The position numbers and the translations under genes were made by a program. Positions 59,607 through 64,000 of a DNA stretch of 64,000 nt are shown here, piece by piece (within the stretch, counting starts at the first letter, position 1; each line of letters begins with the position of its first letter). Source of the stretch: the human T2T-CHM13v2.0 reference genome, Homo sapiens; the NCBI RefSeq assembly GCF_009914755.1, contig NC_060947.1. The stretch is one strand, 5' to 3'. The notes beneath the pieces were generated by a model, which was given only the letters and a program-made list of their open reading frames with translations, did not search any database and had not been told where the DNA came from.

Positions 59607-60947
59607 TCAGATGTGGGTCAGCGGCACCGTTCCGTTGACTGCAGTCCCGGCGCCCTGGTAGTGCTGGTGCACGCCGTGCAGGCGACCGCCGGGCAGCGGA
59701 GAGGCGGCGTCGGCCGCGTCCCCGCCGGGTGGCAGGTACATGCTGATCATGTCGCGCAGGTCGCCGAGGCACGCGCGCTGAGAGTGCGATGCGATGGCGG
59801 GCGGCGGCGAGCTGGGCTCAGACTTCACTACCGAGCCCATGGGGCCCAGGCTCATGGCGGCTGCGGCCGCAGCTGCGGCCGCGGCGGTGGCGGGCTGCTG
59901 CCCGTAGGCGGCGGCCGCGGCTGCTGTGGCTGAGGGCGCCATGCCCCCGTAGCCCGAGGCGGCGGCGGCCGCGGCAGCGACGTTCATGTAGCTCTGAGCG
60001 CCGGGCGGCATCATTGGGCTGTACTGCAGGCCGGCCATGTCGTAGCGGTGCATCGGCGGCAGCGCGGGCGGCGGCGGCGGGCTGCTCATGCTCGGGGGCT
60101 GCGCGTAGCCCAGCTGCTCCTGCACCAGCGAGTACGCGCCGTTGGCCCAGCCGTTCACGTGCGTGTACGTGTCCAGGCGCTGGCCCACGCCCACCGGACT
60201 GCTGGCGGCAGCGGCTGCGGCCGCGGCAGCGGCGGCGGCGGCCGCGGCACCGGGAGGCAGGAGGCCGCTGGGCAGGGAGTACTTATCTTTCTTGAGCAGC
60301 GTCTTGGTCTTGCGGCGCGGTCGGTACTTGTAGTCCGGATACTCCTTCATGTGCACGGCGCGAAGTCGCTTGGCCTCGTCGATGAATGGTCGCTTCTCGG
60401 CGTCGGTCAGCAGTTTCCAGTCGGCGCCCAAGCGCTTGCTGATCTCAGAATTGTGCATCTTGGGGTTCTCCAGGGCCATTTTGCGCCGCTGCCCGCGGGA
60501 CCATACCATGAAGGCGTTCATGGGCCGTTTCACACGGTCCTGGTCTGTACCCCCGCCACCTCCGCTCGCACCACCGCTGCTGCCGCCGCCCGAGTTCGCG
60601 CCGCCGGCTGCGTTCGCACTACTCTTGCCTGCGCCTCCCGGGGCTGCGGGGCCGCCGGTGCCCGCCGCTTGTGTGGGTGTCCCTACGGGGTTCTTGAGTT
60701 CAGTCTCCAGAAGGCTGTACATTGCCGGGGCGGGAAGAAGGTGCGCCAGCGTGGCGGGAGGAGAAGGCGCTCCCGGGGCTGGAGCGGCCACGGTGAAAAG
60801 GCCCTGGGACTCCGTCGGAGCGGAGCTTGGGGGCCTGTGGGCCAGCGAGTCCGGCGGGAAGGGTAGGCTTATCAAAATGCTCCGCGCCAAATCAGCAGGA
60901 ACCCGCGGGCTTCTCGCACCTGATGAGTTCTCTCGAACAGGTCGCAT
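59607..60947 (-). CDS. SOX3: SRY-box transcription factor 3 (SOXB1), single exon, 446 aa
   Basis: HMG box [44 protein letters not shown]...PDYKY (~60327-60533), SOXB motif [18 protein letters not shown], polyalanine tracts, C-terminal [12 protein letters not shown] and NGTVPLTHI. Confidence 0.99.
   Translation of the reverse strand: MRPVRENSSGARSPRVPADLARSILISLPFPPDSLAHRPPSSAPTESQGLFTVAAPAPGAPSPPATLAHLLPAPAMYSLLETELKNPVGTPTQAAGTGGPAAPGGAGKSSANAAGGANSGGGSSGGASGGGGGTDQDRVKRPMNAFMVWSRGQRRKMALENPKMHNSEISKRLGADWKLLTDAEKRPFIDEAKRLRAVHMKEYPDYKYRPRRKTKTLLKKDKYSLPSGLLPPGAAAAAAAAAAAAAAASSPVGVGQRLDTYTHVNGWANGAYSLVQEQLGYAQPPSMSSPPPPPALPPMHRYDMAGLQYSPMMPPGAQSYMNVAAAAAAASGYGGMAPSATAAAAAAYGQQPATAAAAAAAAAAMSLGPMGSVVKSEPSSPPPAIASHSQRACLGDLRDMISMYLPPGGDAADAASPLPGGRLHGVHQHYQGAGTAVNGTVPLTHI
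60204..60248 (-). repeat. SOX3: 15-alanine tract of SOX3 (imperfect GCN repeat)
   Basis: 15 GCN codons counted between the Gly and Ser-Ser codons. Confidence 0.95.
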
Positions 60948-60978
60948 TCACAGTCTGCCTGGGCTCTAGCTGGGCCCC

Positions 60979-61170
60979 TTATATACCTGCTCGGATTCCC
61001 CGGGGTTGGGGCTTGGTCCGCCCCTCGCAACCCGGAGGACCCGTGATTGACAGGTTCGCAGTGATGCGCCCTGGCCAATCATTACCGAGCCCCCGTTCGG
61101 CCTGGCTGGAAAAAAAAAAGTTCGGGGAGCCCTTTCGTTCACCCCACGCCCCTCTTTGGCCTAGTGACGT
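60979..61170 (-). promoter_or_regulatory. SOX3 proximal promoter: TATA (60979-60985), GC box (~61017-61024), CCAAT (61075-61079), CRE-like TGACGT (61165-61170)
   Basis: TATATAAG on minus strand, GGGGCGGA, GCCAATC and TGACGT seen directly upstream of the CDS. Confidence 0.75.
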
Positions 61171-62829
61171 GGTAAGAGTTACTTAGGAGGCGGGAGTCCA
61201 CGAGGCCCACTCAGAGGCCACCAATTAGGGTTTCAAAAAGTTTGAAAGAACGAAACCTGAGGAGGTGACGGGGGGAGGGGGGAGGGGGCACGCAAGCAGA
61301 TTGGGGGGAGGGGGCAGAGGGGCGCCTTCGGAATTTAGAAAACAACTTTGCAACCCTGTCAAGGCAGACCGGCGCCCCATCCCCCGGCCAGCCCGCAAAG
61401 CTTCCCGTTGTCTGCACGGAGGTTTTCTGGCCGCTTCTGCTGCCAGCGCTAGGAACGCAGGGCACCACCAGCTACCCAGGCCGGCTTAGGGACTCCAGGC
61501 TCATTGGAAGTGCTCCTGGCTGCGTCTCCAAGAAGCTCTCCCTGGAATTGGCCGCTGGTTGTCCAGATCTTTCTCTAGGAGGGCCAGTGCGTCCAGGACG
61601 CAGCGTGGGTCAGGGGCCCGGGCATGGGAGACAGGCTTCAGGACTGCGGGGTGCATTCGGCTGTGAGGCTCTTGGGGGTTTGCAGGAGGGCGGGCAAGCA
61701 GTCAGTCGCCCGTCTCCTGAGCCTGTCGGAGGCGCTCGCACAAGGTGGTGTGGAAAGTATGTGTGGGACGTAGGGGGTGAACTGGCCTCCGCTCTCTCGA
61801 TCCTGGCCCCCGCTTAGCGGCCCCTTTTTGTCTCTGCTCTGTGGCCATTTCGGTTTTTCCAGTCCGATGCCCCTGAGGGGGAGGGTCGGGCCCCTTGGAA
61901 AATCCGTTTTCATGGCAACACGGAGCCTCTCAGAGTGAAAGAAAAGTTTCTTGGAGGGGGGAACGTTGGCCGGAGCGGAGCCGAGGCCGTCCTCCGGGCG
62001 AACCGCCGGGCCCCCTCCACTGCCCCCGCACCTGCCGGGACCGCTGAGCGCTACTCTGGGCGCGCAGCCTCGCCGCCTCCCCCGGGAGCAGGCTCTGCTA
62101 ACGGATTCCGTCCGTCTCTTTTATTGTTTTAGAGACTTCCTGAGATTCGGAGCGGGACATTCACTTGCTTGTTGGGTTATCTGCCAAAGACTAGCGGCGC
62201 GGGAACTCTGGCTGCGGGGAGAGGAAACCCCGATAATCGCCACTGCCAGCTGAAGCGAGTGGCACAGCGTTTGAAACTCTCGGAGCAGCCCGAGGTAGCG
62301 AGTGGGAATGAGAAGCCATCCCGGCAGATTTGGCAGAAACTAAAATAAGGTGTCCATACGGTGTGGGGTCTCGCCCCCCCATCATCCCTAGCCCCGTGGA
62401 AAGGTGGGGAACTAAACGGAAAGCATAATCTTAAGTGGGTGGGGGGCGCATGGGGGAATCCCAGGTTTCTAGCGTCTTAGCGTTAATGCAAGACCAGGCG
62501 ATCCCGGGACTTCTGCATGCTGGGCTCTTCCCCCTTTCTCTCCACGAATTAAAAAGTACGCCTCTTCGGCTTGTTAGTGGGGTCAGGGGGGGAGTGGAGG
62601 CTCAGGGCAGGCCAGCCCCCTCTCGGCCAGGCGGACCTCTGGCAAAAGAATCCCGGCTCCCAGTCGGCATCATCTCTCGGAAGTTTGGGGTCTGGAAACT
62701 TGCCCCTTAAGTTTGTGTTCCACTTGATCTGAGTATTCTGCAGCCAAGGGCTGCAGTCAACTGGATGGGTATACGGATTTAGGGTTTTAAATGTAAGTAA
62801 ACTCTCTGGAAGGCTTCTGTGTGTAGATA

Positions 62830-62831
<2 letters not shown>

Positions 62832-62876
<45 letters not shown>

Positions 62877-62888
62877 CGCGCGCGCGTA
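62832..62888. repeat. (TG)18(CG)9 alternating purine-pyrimidine tract
   Basis: Counted directly. Confidence 0.95.
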
Positions 62889-64000
62889 GCGAACGTGAGC
62901 TGATAAGTACGTCTCAGAAAACATAATGATTAGGCAATCCCTACCTGCACCTGTTTTCTTGGCGAAGTGGCCGACAAGGTCAAACTTTCTTAGGCAAATC
63001 CATCCTCTCCTACAGAAGCCAATGTGCAATATCTCTGCCCTCCTGCCGTCTTTCCCGCATGCCCTCTCTGGGCTTTTCTGGGCCCTGGAGGCTGTTGCTA
63101 AGTGAAGCGCGTTTTAGGAAACTACCCAACCGACGCGCGGCCTGGCGTCCAGTAGCTTCACAGATGTCAGGTTTCTTTCCAAGTTTTAGGACCCAAGTAA
63201 ACGTTGCAGTGACAGCGCCTGGGCTGCATATTTCCCAAGGCAGGGGATACGGTGCTGGGCCGACACCCTCCCCGCAGCAGATTACCAGGGGAAACTAGTC
63301 ACTGCTCCCAGCTGTCTGACATTTGATCACACTTAGCCCGAGGCTTAGGTGAGCTCATTTTTGCCCTACATCCTCCTGCCAGATTTACAGCAGTCTTTTG
63401 CCAGGACCAGGCACACTCTCCCAATTCTCCCGGCTTCTCGCTGAGGCCAGCTCCCTCTCGGGGGGTAGATACATAAAATCTCCGTATCTGGTGGTTCTGG
63501 GGTGATCTGCACATTCTCAAGTAAGAGCCACGCCAGATTTCCTTGGAAACTCTTGCCAGGACACTTTCTAAATACAAGCTATCATTTCAATAGACAAGCA
63601 AGGTTACCATTGCGGGCGTGGGGAGATGGGGGAAGGCTGGAAATAAATCAGTTCTTAGCCCACCTGCAGCGCAGGCTTAGCCACCAGCCCAGCGGCGCAA
63701 CCTTCGCTAAGGGTCGGGAGAGGTGTCGCGACAGGTACCACAGCGCAGGAGGCCTCGGTTCCGGCTGGGGCTGCGGGAAGGCAGGGCAGCTGGCGGAGCC
63801 CCAACTCCAGTGTCTCCGACGCGCACCCTGCACCCAGCGAGGAAAGCAGAGGAACGCAGTGGGAACCAGGACCGATCCTTCAACCTCTTCAGGAGAAGAG
63901 AGCGCGCTCAGCAGCTCTCTCGCCCTCTCCAGCCTCCAAGTGCCCTTGGGCGGTTCACAGAGCTCCGGATCTGGCGCTGGGAACCCGACCAAGGCCCCCT

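Larger units (their letters stand above)
57300..64000. other. CpG-island/GC-rich domain around SOX3
   Basis: Sharp rise in CpG and GC content and absence of interspersed repeats compared with the rest of the window. Confidence 0.85.

Noticed and set aside
59541-61186. Long plus-strand ORFs (130-272 aa) overlapping SOX3
   Set aside because: Antisense shadows of a very GC-rich CDS with few stop codons; no recognisable domain

Overview
This is primate (human-like) genomic DNA from the SOX3 locus; SOX3 is known to lie at Xq27.1. The only credible protein-coding gene is intronless SOX3 (minus strand, 59607-60947, 446 aa, HMG box plus polyalanine tracts). It sits in a large CpG-rich domain (~57.3-64 kb) with a TATA/CCAAT/GC-box promoter and a poly(A) signal at 58884-58889. 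The remaining ~57 kb is SOX3-downstream gene desert, made of about 21 Alu elements and L1, L2, MIR, CR1, MaLR/ERV LTR and MER58 fragments. It also holds a processed RPS17 pseudogene with a perfect 15-bp target-site duplication (TSD) and a U7 snRNA pseudogene. The most notable structures are a four-level nested insertion (L1 > MLT1 > MER41 > full-length THE1) whose MER41 keeps tandem STAT/GAS motifs, a 32-bp-arm AT-rich hairpin with a duplicated arm at ~41.7 kb, a TATA box so close to the first ATG that a shorter SOX3 isoform is plausible, a (TG)18(CG)9 Z-DNA tract, several repeat-free candidate enhancers and an unassigned 1.5-kb segment inside an L1 cluster. I see no convincing evidence of a wholly new biological system. 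Repeat families were recognised by eye, so boundaries and subfamilies are approximate.
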